In this document: one piece after another, positions 1 through 12,914 of the stretch | How positions within the stretch are numbered: position 1 is the stretch's first letter | Layout: every line of letters starts with the position of its first letter | NCBI GenBank assembly: GCA_963836755.1 | Contig: CAWIKF010000002.1 | Location: 96,001-160,000 of the forward strand | Length of the DNA stretch: 64,000 nt | Reading direction: 5' to 3' | Source: an uncultured Verrucomicrobiae bacterium | GTDB lineage: Bacteria > Verrucomicrobiota > Verrucomicrobiia > Chthoniobacterales > Chthoniobacteraceae | Program-made: the position numbers and the translations under genes | Notes under the pieces: generated by a model | Databases searched by the model: none | Told to the model about the DNA's origin: nothing | Seen by the model: the letters and a program-made list of their open reading frames with translations, nothing else

Positions 1-233
1 GGGGTGAGGAGCATGAAGCCGAGGTCGGCCTTTGGCGAAACCATGCTGAAAAGCAGGAGCTGGGTGTCGGGCAGGGCGCGGATTTCCTGGACGAGGGCGG
101 TGAGGCGGGTCTTGGCCGCGCGCTGCTCGTCGCCGGAGGAGAGCTGCCATTGGCCGTGCTCGATTTTGTAAAACAAATGGAGGACGTGCCAGCCCTCCGC
201 GGGCACGATGGGGTCGAGGCTTCGGTGGCTCAT
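1..233 (-). CDS. Chlorite dismutase/coproheme decarboxylase (HemQ/ChdC) family protein, N-terminal part; runs off window edge
   Basis: Not in the ORF track. Manual translation from ATG at 233 gives MSHRSLDPIVPAEGWHVLHLFYKIEHGQWQ...LFSMVSPKADLGFMLLTP. EGWxxLH and KADLxFM resemble the HemQ N-terminal domain. Confidence 0.7.
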   Translation of the reverse strand, partial: MSHRSLDPIVPAEGWHVLHLFYKIEHGQWQLSSGDEQRAAKTRLTALVQEIRALPDTQLLLFSMVSPKADLGFMLLT

Positions 234-315
234 GCGGTGCAAAATCCCGGGCAGCGGCGCAAAGTGCAAGCGTTTTGGCTTTGCAGCGCGCGCGGCTGGC
301 GGCAAAGTCCGCGCC

Positions 316-1374
316 GTGAGCAACTGGTATTATGCCGAGAACGGCCGTCAACAAGGCCCGGTGACCGACGAGGCCGAATGGAACGCGATGATCGCGGAGG
401 GGACGATCCTGCCGGAGACGCTGGTTTGGCGGGAGGGGATGGAGCGGTGGCTGCCGTATGGGAAGTTGACGCCGCCGCCGGTGGGCGGGCGCGCGAGTGT
501 TTGCACGGAGTGCAATCGCCTTTTCCCACTGGATGAGCTGACGCTGCTCGGGATGCGCCGGGTCTGCGCCGAATGCGAGCCGACGCTGCGGCGCCAGCTC
601 GCGGCGGTGTCGGGCGCGCGTGAAAGGGTGGATGCGGCGACGCTGATGGCGCGTGTGGAGGCAAGCGAGCGGTCTTTATCCATTGGCTGCACGCTCTCGA
701 GGGCGTGGGCGGTGATTCGGAAAAATTTCTGGCCGTGCGTGGGGCTGACTTTGCTCGGCTACGCGCTGATGCTCGGCGCCGGATTGATCCCGCTGCTCGG
801 GATCGTGGCGACGTTTTGCGTGCAGCCGCAGATGACTGCGGGGCTGTATTGGTATTTTTTGAAGCAGATCCGCGGACGCAAAGCGGTCGCGGCGGATATT
901 TTCGCGGGCTTCGGGCGCGGCTACGCGCAGCAGTTGGTTTACATGCTGATTATGTTCGCGGTGGCTTTCGCGGTCGTGCTCCCTTTCGGCCTGGTGATGC
1001 CGCTATTACAAAAAGCGGCGCATCACGGCACGCATGAAGTGCACGTGGCGATGCAGATCGGCGGCGCGCTGCTCGTGCTCGTGCTGGTGGTCGCGCTGCT
1101 GCTGCTTTTCACATGCTGGACTTTTGCACCGATCCTCATTCTCGATAAGGGCTTGAATGCGACGGAGGCGATGCGGCTGAGCTTCCGCGCCGTGAGCCGG
1201 GTGCTCTGGAAATTCGTGCTGCTGATGCTGGCGCTGATCGCGCTCTCGCTCTGCGGGATGCTCGCGCTGGTCATCGGCGTGATCTTTGCGATCCCTGTCG
1301 TCTTCGCATCGATCGCGGTGGCGTATGAGGATATTTTTGGCGTGGATGCGGCGGCGGCTTCGGATGAGGCGTAG
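316..1374 (+). CDS. GYF_2 (DUF4339) domain membrane protein with Zn-ribbon and multi-TM C-terminus
   Basis: WYYAENGRQQGPV...TLVWREGMERWLP (GYF_2), CTEC/CAEC, several hydrophobic helices. GTG at 316 chosen because ORF start 208 overlaps the divergent gene. Confidence 0.8.
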   Translation: MSNWYYAENGRQQGPVTDEAEWNAMIAEGTILPETLVWREGMERWLPYGKLTPPPVGGRASVCTECNRLFPLDELTLLGMRRVCAECEPTLRRQLAAVSGARERVDAATLMARVEASERSLSIGCTLSRAWAVIRKNFWPCVGLTLLGYALMLGAGLIPLLGIVATFCVQPQMTAGLYWYFLKQIRGRKAVAADIFAGFGRGYAQQLVYMLIMFAVAFAVVLPFGLVMPLLQKAAHHGTHEVHVAMQIGGALLVLVLVVALLLLFTCWTFAPILILDKGLNATEAMRLSFRAVSRVLWKFVLLMLALIALSLCGMLALVIGVIFAIPVVFASIAVAYEDIFGVDAAAASDEA

Positions 1375-1401
1375 CGGGTTTTTCCCGAGCGCAAAAAAAC
1401 G

Positions 1402-1429
1402 TTGCAAAGCGGGCATCGCTTCCTATTGT
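1402..1429 (+). promoter_or_regulatory. Putative sigma70 promoter of ferredoxin
   Basis: TTGCAA-N16-TATTGT upstream of ATG 1455. Confidence 0.45.
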
Positions 1430-1454
1430 ATCCCGCCTTCAAGGGACCAAACAA

Positions 1455-1688
1455 ATGGCTGATGTAGCAAACAAATATTCGGAAAACGTCGAGGGAACTT
1501 TTTACGTCGATGACCAGTGCATCGACTGCGATCTTTGCCGCGAAACTGCGCCGGCGAATTTTACCCGCAATGACGACGGCGGGCATTCCTACGTCTACAA
1601 GCAGCCCGGCTCCCCCGAGGAAGAAGCGCTTTGCAAAGAAGCGATGGAAGGCTGCCCGGTCGAGGCGATCGGCAGCGACGGCGCGTAG
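1455..1688 (+). CDS. Ferredoxin (single 4Fe-4S/3Fe-4S cluster type)
   Basis: CIDCDLC...CPVEAI, 77 aa, acidic. Confidence 0.92.
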   Translation: MADVANKYSENVEGTFYVDDQCIDCDLCRETAPANFTRNDDGGHSYVYKQPGSPEEEALCKEAMEGCPVEAIGSDGA

Positions 1689-1779
1689 AGAAATTGGTGG
1701 CAGGCATCGCGGAAAGCGCTCATTCTTTGCGAATGAGGCCGCGCAGTTTTCCCGCACAAGGCGTTTGGATTTTCGCCAG

Positions 1780-2139
1780 ATGACGCCGCAACTCCGCCAG
1801 CGCGTGCTCGCCGAATGGCGCGGTCTCCCGCAGTGGACGCCGCGCCCGGACCGGACGCAATCGGTCGCCGACGCGCTCCAGGGCGTGATGCGAAAACTCG
1901 GCCTCAGCGAACGGCTGACGGAGGCGCAAATCCAGGGCGCGTGGCGCGAGATTGTCGGCGATTGGTTCGCGCAGCACACGTGCCCGAGCGCGATCCGCGA
2001 CCGCGTGCTCTTCGTGCAAGTGCTCCAGCCGGCGATTCATTATGAACTCGACCGCGTCTGGAAAGTGGAGATTTTGCAAAAGCTCAAGGCGCGCTTCGGA
2101 GCAAAGTTGATCCGCGAAATCAAGTTCCGCATCGGTTAA
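1780..2139 (+). CDS. DUF721/DciA family protein
   Basis: AWREIVG..AQHT.P..I....LFV.V..PA..YEL......IL.KL...G...I.EIKFR pattern; start at ATG 1780. Confidence 0.8.
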   Translation: MTPQLRQRVLAEWRGLPQWTPRPDRTQSVADALQGVMRKLGLSERLTEAQIQGAWREIVGDWFAQHTCPSAIRDRVLFVQVLQPAIHYELDRVWKVEILQKLKARFGAKLIREIKFRIG

Positions 2140-2490
2140 ATGCGCGACTCCATCGTGATCGAGCAGCTGGAAATCACGGCGCACCTCGGCGTGCCCGAGG
2201 AGGAGCGCGCGCAGCCGCAGCGCCTCACCGCATCGCTCCGGCTCGTGCCGCAGAACGATTTCCGCGATCTGCAGGACCGGCTCGCGAACAGCGTCGATTA
2301 CGCGCTCGTCTGCCGCACAGTCGCCCGCGTCGCCGGCGCGAAACCGCGCCGGCTGCTCGAGACTTTGGCGGAAGAGATCGCGGAGCGATTGCTCGCGGAA
2401 TTTTCGCTCGCCAGGGTCGAAGTCGATCTGCGGAAGTTCATCTTGAAAGAGACCAACTTTGTCGCCGTAAAAATCACCCGCGATGCGTGA
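2140..2490 (+). CDS. folB: Dihydroneopterin aldolase
   Basis: HLGVPEEERAQPQ, DRLANSVDYA, LLETLAEEIA motifs. Confidence 0.92.
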   Translation: MRDSIVIEQLEITAHLGVPEEERAQPQRLTASLRLVPQNDFRDLQDRLANSVDYALVCRTVARVAGAKPRRLLETLAEEIAERLLAEFSLARVEVDLRKFILKETNFVAVKITRDA

Positions 2491-2535
2491 TCGCATGAGA
2501 CGCGCGCTCGCATTTCCAACGCCGATTCTGAAGCC

Positions 2536-2775
2536 GTGAGCGAAAAATCCCACGTTGCCAAATCATTTCTCGTGGAGCTGCTTGTTTACACAGTGCTGGT
2601 CGCTGTTTATTTCTTTGCAGTCCTGCATTTCCTCGGCAGCTGGCTCAAGCCGCTCTTTGACCACGGCCGCGGCGTCTATGCCGTGGTCGCGCTCGCGCTG
2701 ATGCTCGCGCAGGGCGTGCTGCTGGAAATGTTGACCACATGGCTGCTGCGGCTCATCCGCGCGCGCACGGCTTAA
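2536..2775 (+). CDS. Small two-TM membrane protein
   Basis: 79 aa, two hydrophobic stretches, abuts the TauE gene. Confidence 0.65.
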   Translation: MSEKSHVAKSFLVELLVYTVLVAVYFFAVLHFLGSWLKPLFDHGRGVYAVVALALMLAQGVLLEMLTTWLLRLIRARTA

Positions 2776-2778
2776 GCG

Positions 2779-3699
2779 ATGTATTTTCCAATCGCCGGCG
2801 TCCACATCGACGCGCTTTACCTCATTGTCATCGGCTTCATCATCGGCGTGCTCGGTGGCTTCTTCGGCGTCGGCGGCAGCTTTCTCGCCGGGCCGGCGCT
2901 GCGCCTCGTCGGCCTGCCGTGGAACTTTGCAGTCGGAACCGATCTCGCGCACATCGTCGGCAAATCCATTGTCGCCGCGAAGAAACATCGCGCACTCGGC
3001 AACGTCGACTTGAAACTCGGCTTCATCATGGCCGCGGGAACCATCGCGGGCGCGGAAACGGGCGCGCAGGGGATCGAGGCGCTCAAGCGTCACGGCGATG
3101 TGAATGTCGTCGTCAGCATTGTGTCCATTATTGTTTACCTATCCATCGCGATCCTCATGGCGACCGAAGGGTGGAAAACTTTGCGCGCCGGCAAAAAAGC
3201 GAAGGACGAAAAAAGGCGCGTCGACCCGAAAAAAGACCAGACGGCTTTCACGCACATCACGCGCAAATTCCAGGCGTTGCATCTTCCGCCAATGATCAGC
3301 CTGCCTGCATCCGGCATCGCAAGCATCTCGCTCTGGGTCATCCTCGGCGTCGCATTTGTCGGCGGCCTTTTCAGCGGATTTCTCGGCGGCGGCGCGGGCT
3401 ACATCCGCATGCCGGCGATGGTTTATGTGCTCGGCATCCCGACGCATTTGGCCGTGGGCACCGATCTTTTTGAGATCATTATTTCGGCGAGCTACAGCAC
3501 GCTTTCGCACGCGCTCAAGGGCAACGTCGACATCCTCATCGCGCTCGTCATGCACACCGGCGCGGCCATCGGCGCGCAGATCGGCGCCATCTGCACGCAA
3601 TATTTCCACGGGCCGAAGATCCGGCTTTTCTTCGCGCCGCTGCCGCTCATCGGCGCCGGCATCGTTGTCTACACGATGCTCACTGGTCACAAATTATGA
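2779..3699 (+). CDS. Sulfite exporter TauE/SafE (TSUP) family transporter
   Basis: Duplicated GFFGVGG / GFLGGGAG and AVGTDL motifs, multi-TM. Confidence 0.9.
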   Translation: MYFPIAGVHIDALYLIVIGFIIGVLGGFFGVGGSFLAGPALRLVGLPWNFAVGTDLAHIVGKSIVAAKKHRALGNVDLKLGFIMAAGTIAGAETGAQGIEALKRHGDVNVVVSIVSIIVYLSIAILMATEGWKTLRAGKKAKDEKRRVDPKKDQTAFTHITRKFQALHLPPMISLPASGIASISLWVILGVAFVGGLFSGFLGGGAGYIRMPAMVYVLGIPTHLAVGTDLFEIIISASYSTLSHALKGNVDILIALVMHTGAAIGAQIGAICTQYFHGPKIRLFFAPLPLIGAGIVVYTMLTGHKL

Positions 3700-4577
3700 A
3701 GGTCCTCATTTGCAGCGATGGCCACAAGCAGGCGGAAAAAGCGATCCGCTACCTGGCGACGACGGCTGCGGCGTGTGGCGCGGAGGCGACGCTGCTCGGC
3801 ATCGTCGAGCACCCGAGCGACGAGGCGGCATTGCAGGAAGCGCTGCGGCACCAGGCCCAAATTTTGCGCGACAAAAAAGTGGCCGTGGAGTTCGTCACCA
3901 AGGCGGGAAATCCTCTCGAGGAAATTCAAAAACGGACGCGCGAGCAGGCGTTCGACCTTGTCCTCATCGGCGCGGAGCGAAAGACCGGCGGCCCATTCGT
4001 GATGTCCGCGAAAGCTTACCACATCATCAAAAGCGTCGAACCGCCGGTGCTGGTTTTCATCGGCGAGCGCACCGGTTTGCAGCGCGTTTTGATTTGCAGC
4101 GGCGGGCAGGAAACGATCAACCGCGCCGTCAAACTCACGGGCGAACTTGCCTGCAAAACTCGGCTTTCGGTGACGGTGCTTCACGTCCTGCCCGAGCCGC
4201 CCGCGATTTATTCGGAGATGATCGAACGCGAGGACAACGCCGCGGAATTGCTGAACACCAACTCGACGCTCGGCCGTAATCTGCGCGCGGAAAAAGAGGC
4301 GCTGGAAAAGTTTGGCCTCGATGCGCAAATCAAATTACGCCACGGCCTCGTCGTCCCGGAAATCCTCGAGGAAGTCACCCAAGGCGATTACGATCTCGTC
4401 GTCACCGGCTCGACGCTCGCCGGCGGCTCGCTGCGCACCTACATCATGGGCGACATCACGTCCGAGGTCGTCAACCGCGCCGTCGTGCCAGTGCTCGTCG
4501 TGCGCGGCCCGGCGATTCCGAGAGGGTTTTTCAGCACGATCTTCCAGCTGTTTTCCCGCTCCGGAAAGCGCGCTTGA
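3696..4577 (+). CDS. Tandem-domain universal stress protein
   Basis: MKVLICSDG, DLVLIG, DLVVTGS...MGDITSEVVNRAVVPVLVVR; ATGA overlap with the TauE gene. Confidence 0.9.
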   Translation: MKVLICSDGHKQAEKAIRYLATTAAACGAEATLLGIVEHPSDEAALQEALRHQAQILRDKKVAVEFVTKAGNPLEEIQKRTREQAFDLVLIGAERKTGGPFVMSAKAYHIIKSVEPPVLVFIGERTGLQRVLICSGGQETINRAVKLTGELACKTRLSVTVLHVLPEPPAIYSEMIEREDNAAELLNTNSTLGRNLRAEKEALEKFGLDAQIKLRHGLVVPEILEEVTQGDYDLVVTGSTLAGGSLRTYIMGDITSEVVNRAVVPVLVVRGPAIPRGFFSTIFQLFSRSGKRA

Positions 4578-4628
4578 TTTTCGCGGCAGCCCGCTTCACA
4601 GCTTGGCTGCAGGAAAATTGCACCACTC

Positions 4629-5757
4629 ATGAAAAAAGAAATCGCGCGGTTGATCGTCGCCGATAGCGAACGCTCGCCGGACATGCTTTACGCGACGCGA
4701 TTTTTCGCGCCGGACGCGTTCGCTTATCTCCGGAAAAACGGAAAGTCGACGCTGATGCTCAACGATCTCGAGATTGATCGAGGACGGAAAACGGCGCGCG
4801 TGGACGAGATCGTATCGCACAAGGAGGTCCAGGACGGAATGGCGTCAAAGTTGCAGATTGAAACGACTCCGTCGTTCGCAGAACTCATCGCGGAATTGCT
4901 GCGCGCACGCCGCGTGCGCCGCGCGCTGGTGCCGCACGATTTTCCGCTTGGCCTCGCGCAATCGCTCGCAAAACAAGGCGTAGAGCTGATTCCCGTGGAG
5001 GGACTGTTCTGGAAAGAGCGCGAATTTAAAACCGCAAGTGAATTGCGTCAGCTAAAGCACGCGCTCGCGATCACGCAAACTGGCATGGCGCGCGCGATGG
5101 AAGTTTTGCGCGCGTCAAAAATTTCCGGGAAAAATTTGCACTGGTCGAAGCGTCCGCTGACGTCCGAAATTTTGCGCGCGGAAATCGATTCTGCGATTTT
5201 GCGAGCGGGCGGTTTGCCGGCGAATACGATCGTCGCCGGTGGCGAGCAGGCGTGCGATCCGCACGAGCGCGGAAGCGGACAGCTGCGCGCGCACGAGCTG
5301 ATCATCATCGACATTTTTCCGCGCGACGCCCGCACCGGATATTTCGGCGATCTCACGCGCACGGTCGTTCGCGGGCGCGCGAGTGATGCGCAGCGAAAAC
5401 TTTGGAATGCCGTGCAAGCCGCACAGCAACTGGCTTTGCGGGCGATGAAGCCGGACGCGGATGGCGGCGAAGTGCATGCGAACGTGAAAAAGTTTCTTGC
5501 GGAAAATGGTTATCCGACGGAGCAGCGCAATGGCCGCTGGGTCGGATTTTTTCATGGAACCGGCCATGGTCTCAGGCTTGGAAATTCACGAGGAGCCGCG
5601 TTTTGCGAAGACGATTTTCAAGCCGAGGCAGGTGCTCACGGTCGAGCCGGGCGTCTATTGGCCGGGCGTTGGCGCGGCGCGGATTGAGGATGTGGTGACG
5701 ATCGGTGCGCGCGGGATTCGACGGCTTTCGAATTTTCCGCATGAGCTCGAGCTGTAA
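4629..5757 (+). CDS. Xaa-Pro aminopeptidase (M24), frameshifted near 5574
   Basis: IIIDIFP, YFGDLTRT, HGTGHGL then (other frame) GLEIHEEP, TVEPGVY, RIEDVV. Removing the A at 5574 joins the frames. Confidence 0.88.
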
Positions 5758-5814
5758 CCGGCTTGAACGGAAAAGCTGCGAGGTTGTCAGACAAATCGGC
5801 AGCATTTTCGTCTC

Positions 5815-6498
5815 ATGAATTTTTCGACCTGGATTCTTTACATCGGCGTCCCTTTGCTCCTCGGCCTTTGGGCGCAGATGCGTGTCTCGAGCACTTTCAG
5901 AAAATACGCGCGCGTGCCCGCGTCGTGCGGATTGACGGGAGCTCAGGTCGCGCGGAAAATTTTGCAGGCGGCGCAAATTCCCGATGTGGATGTGGTCGAG
6001 ATCAATGGCTTTCTCGGTGATCATTATGACCCGACGAGCAAACGCCTTTGCCTTTCAAGCCAAACTTACAGCACGCCCTCGCTCGCGGCGGTTGGCATTG
6101 CCGCGCACGAGACCGGGCACGCGATCCAGCACGCGCGAGCCTACGCGCCGCTGCAATGGCGGATGACGATCGTGCCCGCCACACAGCTCGCTTCGCAGGT
6201 TTTGCCGTTCGTGATTTTCGGTGGAATTTTCTTTGGATTTTTCGGACTGCTGCGGCTCGGCATCCTTTGTTATCTCGTGCTCTGCGCTTTCCAGCTCATC
6301 ACGCTGCCGGTGGAATACGATGCATCGCGGCGCGCGAAAATCATTCTCGGCCAGATGGGCATCATCCAGCCGGGCGCGGAAACCGCTGGCGTGCGCCAGA
6401 TGCTTGGCGCGGCCGCTCTGACTTATGTCGCTGCTTTTGTCGCGGCCCTGGGCAACCTGCTTTGGCTGCTTTCGCTCACCTCGAATCGGCGAAGCTGA
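5815..6498 (+). CDS. Neutral zinc metallopeptidase (YugP/Zn_peptidase_2 family)
   Basis: LGDHYDP, AAHETGHAIQH, TLPVEYDASRRA, AAALTYVA. Confidence 0.92.
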   Translation: MNFSTWILYIGVPLLLGLWAQMRVSSTFRKYARVPASCGLTGAQVARKILQAAQIPDVDVVEINGFLGDHYDPTSKRLCLSSQTYSTPSLAAVGIAAHETGHAIQHARAYAPLQWRMTIVPATQLASQVLPFVIFGGIFFGFFGLLRLGILCYLVLCAFQLITLPVEYDASRRAKIILGQMGIIQPGAETAGVRQMLGAAALTYVAAFVAALGNLLWLLSLTSNRRS

Positions 6499-6522
6499 CG
6501 TCTTCCTTTCCACAACCAGATC

Positions 6523-7179
6523 ATGCAACTCGCCGTCAATCTTCATTCCCAAGCCCTCGCGAACTTGGTAGGAGCTTCCGCAATGGCCGAAGCGGCTCCA
6601 GTCAACGAGGACGTCGCACTCGTCGCACGCACGCAGGCCGGTGATCCGGGCGCGTTCGACCAGCTCGTCGTCAAATACAACCCGCGCCTTTACGGCCTCG
6701 TCTATAATATGACCTCGAATCACGAGGACACGAACGACCTGCTGCAGGATATTTTCGCAAAGGCGTATCGCGCGATCAACGGCTTCCGCGGCAAGTCGAG
6801 TTTTTACACGTGGATGCATTCGATCGCAGTGAACATGACGATCAATTTTTTAAAAAAACGCGGACGGCGCTACACGATGAGCCTCGATGACGTGGATGCG
6901 AACATCCAGAACGACAAGGAATTCATCGAGCTGACCGCGACGTCGAGCCCGGTGCGCGAGGCCGATCTGGGCGAGTTGCAGGTGAGATTGAACGAGGCGA
7001 TGATGAAGCTGTCTCATGAGCATAGGGCCGTCGTGACCATGTTTGATATTCAGGGGATGCCCCACGCTGAGATCAGCAAGATCCTCGGGATTTCCGAGGG
7101 CACGGTAAGGTCCCGGCTTTTTTATGCGCACCGGCAATTGCAAAACTACCTCGAGGAATTCCGGAAAAATCCCGTCTAG
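6523..7179 (+). CDS. ECF RNA polymerase sigma factor (RpoE-like)
   Basis: GD..AFDQLV, DLLQDIF.KAY, FRGKSSFYTW, EISKILGISEGTVRSRLFYA. The start may be ATG 6583. Confidence 0.92.
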   Translation: MQLAVNLHSQALANLVGASAMAEAAPVNEDVALVARTQAGDPGAFDQLVVKYNPRLYGLVYNMTSNHEDTNDLLQDIFAKAYRAINGFRGKSSFYTWMHSIAVNMTINFLKKRGRRYTMSLDDVDANIQNDKEFIELTATSSPVREADLGELQVRLNEAMMKLSHEHRAVVTMFDIQGMPHAEISKILGISEGTVRSRLFYAHRQLQNYLEEFRKNPV

Positions 7180-7183
7180 CGCT

Positions 7184-7610
7184 ATGATCGAAGAACAAGA
7201 CCTGCAGAAACTTTTGCGCCTCAAGCGCCACGAGCAGCCGCCGCCGGAATATTTCCAAAGTTTCCTGCATGAGTTTCATCGGCGTCAGCGCGCGGAACTT
7301 TTGCGCCAGCCGCTCTGGCAAATTGCGTGGGATCGCGCCACTGCATTTTTCAGCCAGTCAAGCACCAGCCGCCTTGCTTATGCCGCCGCCACGATTGCAG
7401 TTTTGGCCGCGGCGGGCGTGACATCGTTCAAGATCATCAACGCGCCCAGCAGCACATTTGTCGCACAGGCCATCCCGGCTGCGCAGCCGCGTTTTGGGCT
7501 CAACACCCGCGTGCATCTACCGGATTTTAGCGAACTTTCTCACGAAGCAAACAGCGTGACCGTCGCCTCCGTGCGTCCGCGTTACGTCATGGACGCGCGG
7601 CCGGTCAGCT

Positions 7611-7633
<23 letters not shown>
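7184..7633 (+). CDS. Putative anti-sigma factor (single TM)
   Basis: Immediately after the sigma gene; LLRLKRHEQPPPEYF N-terminus, one TM (LAYAAATIAVLAAAGV). Confidence 0.65.
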
Positions 7634-11006
<3,373 letters not shown>

Positions 11007-11025
11007 GTCCTACTCCAAAACCCAA

Positions 11026-12777
11026 ATGCCCGCAAACAAGCTCGTGCTCGGAGTCGAAGGCGGCGGCACCAAAACCGAATGGGTGCTCATTTCGGACCCG
11101 AAGAATGTTGTTAAACAGGGTGAACTCCCTGCCGCGAATCTCCGCCTGATCAGCGACGAGAAGCTCGCGCAAATGTTCAGCGTGCTGCCGGCAGACGTCA
11201 CCGATGTCGGCGTCTTCCTCGCCGGCTGCGCGAACGAAGCCGACCGCCGCCGCCTTTGCTCGCTGGTGAAAAAAAATTGGTCGAGCGCGCATGTGATCGT
11301 AGGCAGCGATGCGGACTCAGGATTCGCAACAGCGTTTGGCGACGGCGACGGAATCTGCGTGATCGCCGGCACGGGCTCCGTGGTCACCGGTCGCAAAAGC
11401 GGGCGCTCGGAAAAAGCAGGCGGCTGGGGGCAATTGCTCGGCGACAAAGGTGGCGGCTACAACCTTGCCGTGCAGGCGCTGCGCTTCGTGCTGTCGAACT
11501 ACGACATCGATCATCGCGTGGACGAACTCGGCGCGCAGATCCTGCGCACGCTCGCGCTGAATCAACTCGGCGAGCTGGTGAGCTGGGCCGCCGACGCCGA
11601 CAAAATGTCGGTCGCCAAACTTGCGCCCGTCGTTTTTGCAGCCGCGAAAAACGGGCAGCCGGAAATGCTCGCCGCCGTGCAAAATGGCGCGCGGATCCTC
11701 GCGGAATTTACGCGCGCGGTCGCACATCGTCTCGCGATGCACGAGCCGGAAGTGCGGATGCTCGGCGGACTTTTCGCGAACCATCCTGAATACGCGGACC
11801 TCTTCAAAGACTACCTCAGCGACCTGCTTCCCGGCGCCCGCACCGGCATCTGTTTACGCTCTGGCGCGCTCGGTGCGGCGTGGCTCGCGACGCGCGATTC
11901 GACGACGTGTGCGCCGCTTTATGAAAAACAAAACGCCGACGTCCTCGAGCTTGCCGAGGCCGCGACGGAGCAGCGCAATCCGCGCTCGGAAAATCTCGAC
12001 AAACTAACGACCGCAGAGTTGGTCGATCTTTTTGTGGACGAAGAAACACGCGTTAACGAAGCGTTGACAGCCGTGCGCAGCTCGCTCGTGCGCGCGGTTG
12101 AAATCACGAGTGATGCGTTGCAAAACGGCGGCCGGCTTTTTTACGCCGGAGCGGGAACGAGCGGCCGGCTCGGCGTGCTGGATGCGAGCGAAATTCCGCC
12201 GACTTTCAATGCTGCGCCGGAGCTCGTGCAGGGAATCATTGCGGGCGGCCATCGCGCGCTGCACCAGGCTGTGGAAGGCGCGGAAGACCAGGACGAGGCG
12301 GGCGCGCTGGCGATGGTCGAGCGCGGCGTCACGGCGCGCGATGTTGTGTGCGGAATCGCATCGAGCGGGCGCACGCCGTTTGTGCTCGGCGCGCTGGAAA
12401 GGGCGCGGGCAATGGGCGCGCGGACGATTCTGCTCACGTGCAATCCGTCGCGGCGGCGCGCGGAAAAGTTATGGGATGCCGAGATCGATTTGCCGACGGG
12501 CGCGGAATTGGTGACCGGTTCGACGCGGCTCAAGGCCGGCACGGCGACGAAAGTTGCGCTTAATATTCTCTCAACCTGCACGATGATCCGGCTCGGAAAA
12601 ACGCGCGGAAATTTGATGGTGGACGTGCGCGCGACGAATACGAAATTGCGCGACCGCGCGGTGCGGCTCGTGCGCCAGATGTGTGGCGTTTCCTACGATG
12701 AAGCGCAGGCGCTTTTGCTGGAAAAAAACTGGGACGTGCGCGCGGTGCTCGATGCGGAGCGGAACGTCAAAGTTTAG
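11026..12777 (+). CDS. murQ: Fusion of BadF/BadG-type amino-sugar kinase and N-acetylmuramic acid 6-phosphate etherase
   Basis: N-half GVEGGGTKT, IAGTGS, GGWGQLLGD.GGGY; C-half TEQRNP, GAGTSGRLGVLDASEIPPTF, GSTRLKAGTATK. Confidence 0.92.
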   Translation: MPANKLVLGVEGGGTKTEWVLISDPKNVVKQGELPAANLRLISDEKLAQMFSVLPADVTDVGVFLAGCANEADRRRLCSLVKKNWSSAHVIVGSDADSGFATAFGDGDGICVIAGTGSVVTGRKSGRSEKAGGWGQLLGDKGGGYNLAVQALRFVLSNYDIDHRVDELGAQILRTLALNQLGELVSWAADADKMSVAKLAPVVFAAAKNGQPEMLAAVQNGARILAEFTRAVAHRLAMHEPEVRMLGGLFANHPEYADLFKDYLSDLLPGARTGICLRSGALGAAWLATRDSTTCAPLYEKQNADVLELAEAATEQRNPRSENLDKLTTAELVDLFVDEETRVNEALTAVRSSLVRAVEITSDALQNGGRLFYAGAGTSGRLGVLDASEIPPTFNAAPELVQGIIAGGHRALHQAVEGAEDQDEAGALAMVERGVTARDVVCGIASSGRTPFVLGALERARAMGARTILLTCNPSRRRAEKLWDAEIDLPTGAELVTGSTRLKAGTATKVALNILSTCTMIRLGKTRGNLMVDVRATNTKLRDRAVRLVRQMCGVSYDEAQALLLEKNWDVRAVLDAERNVKV

Positions 12778-12888
12778 CCACAAATGCGCAAAAGCCGACA
12801 TCGGCCGCGCGGCAAATCAGCGCGGCATCGAAGCGCGGCAAAGTTTTTTCCTCTGATGAAACATGAAATTTCACCGATGCGCGCCGCG

Positions 12889-12904
12889 TGGCATACCCAC
12901 TGCT
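12889..12904 (+). promoter_or_regulatory. Putative sigma54 (-24/-12) promoter
   Basis: TGGCATACCCACTGCT fits TGGCAC-N5-TTGCW with exact GG-N10-GC spacing; predicted +1 at 12915. Confidence 0.6.
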
Positions 12905-12914
12905 AACTGGTGCG

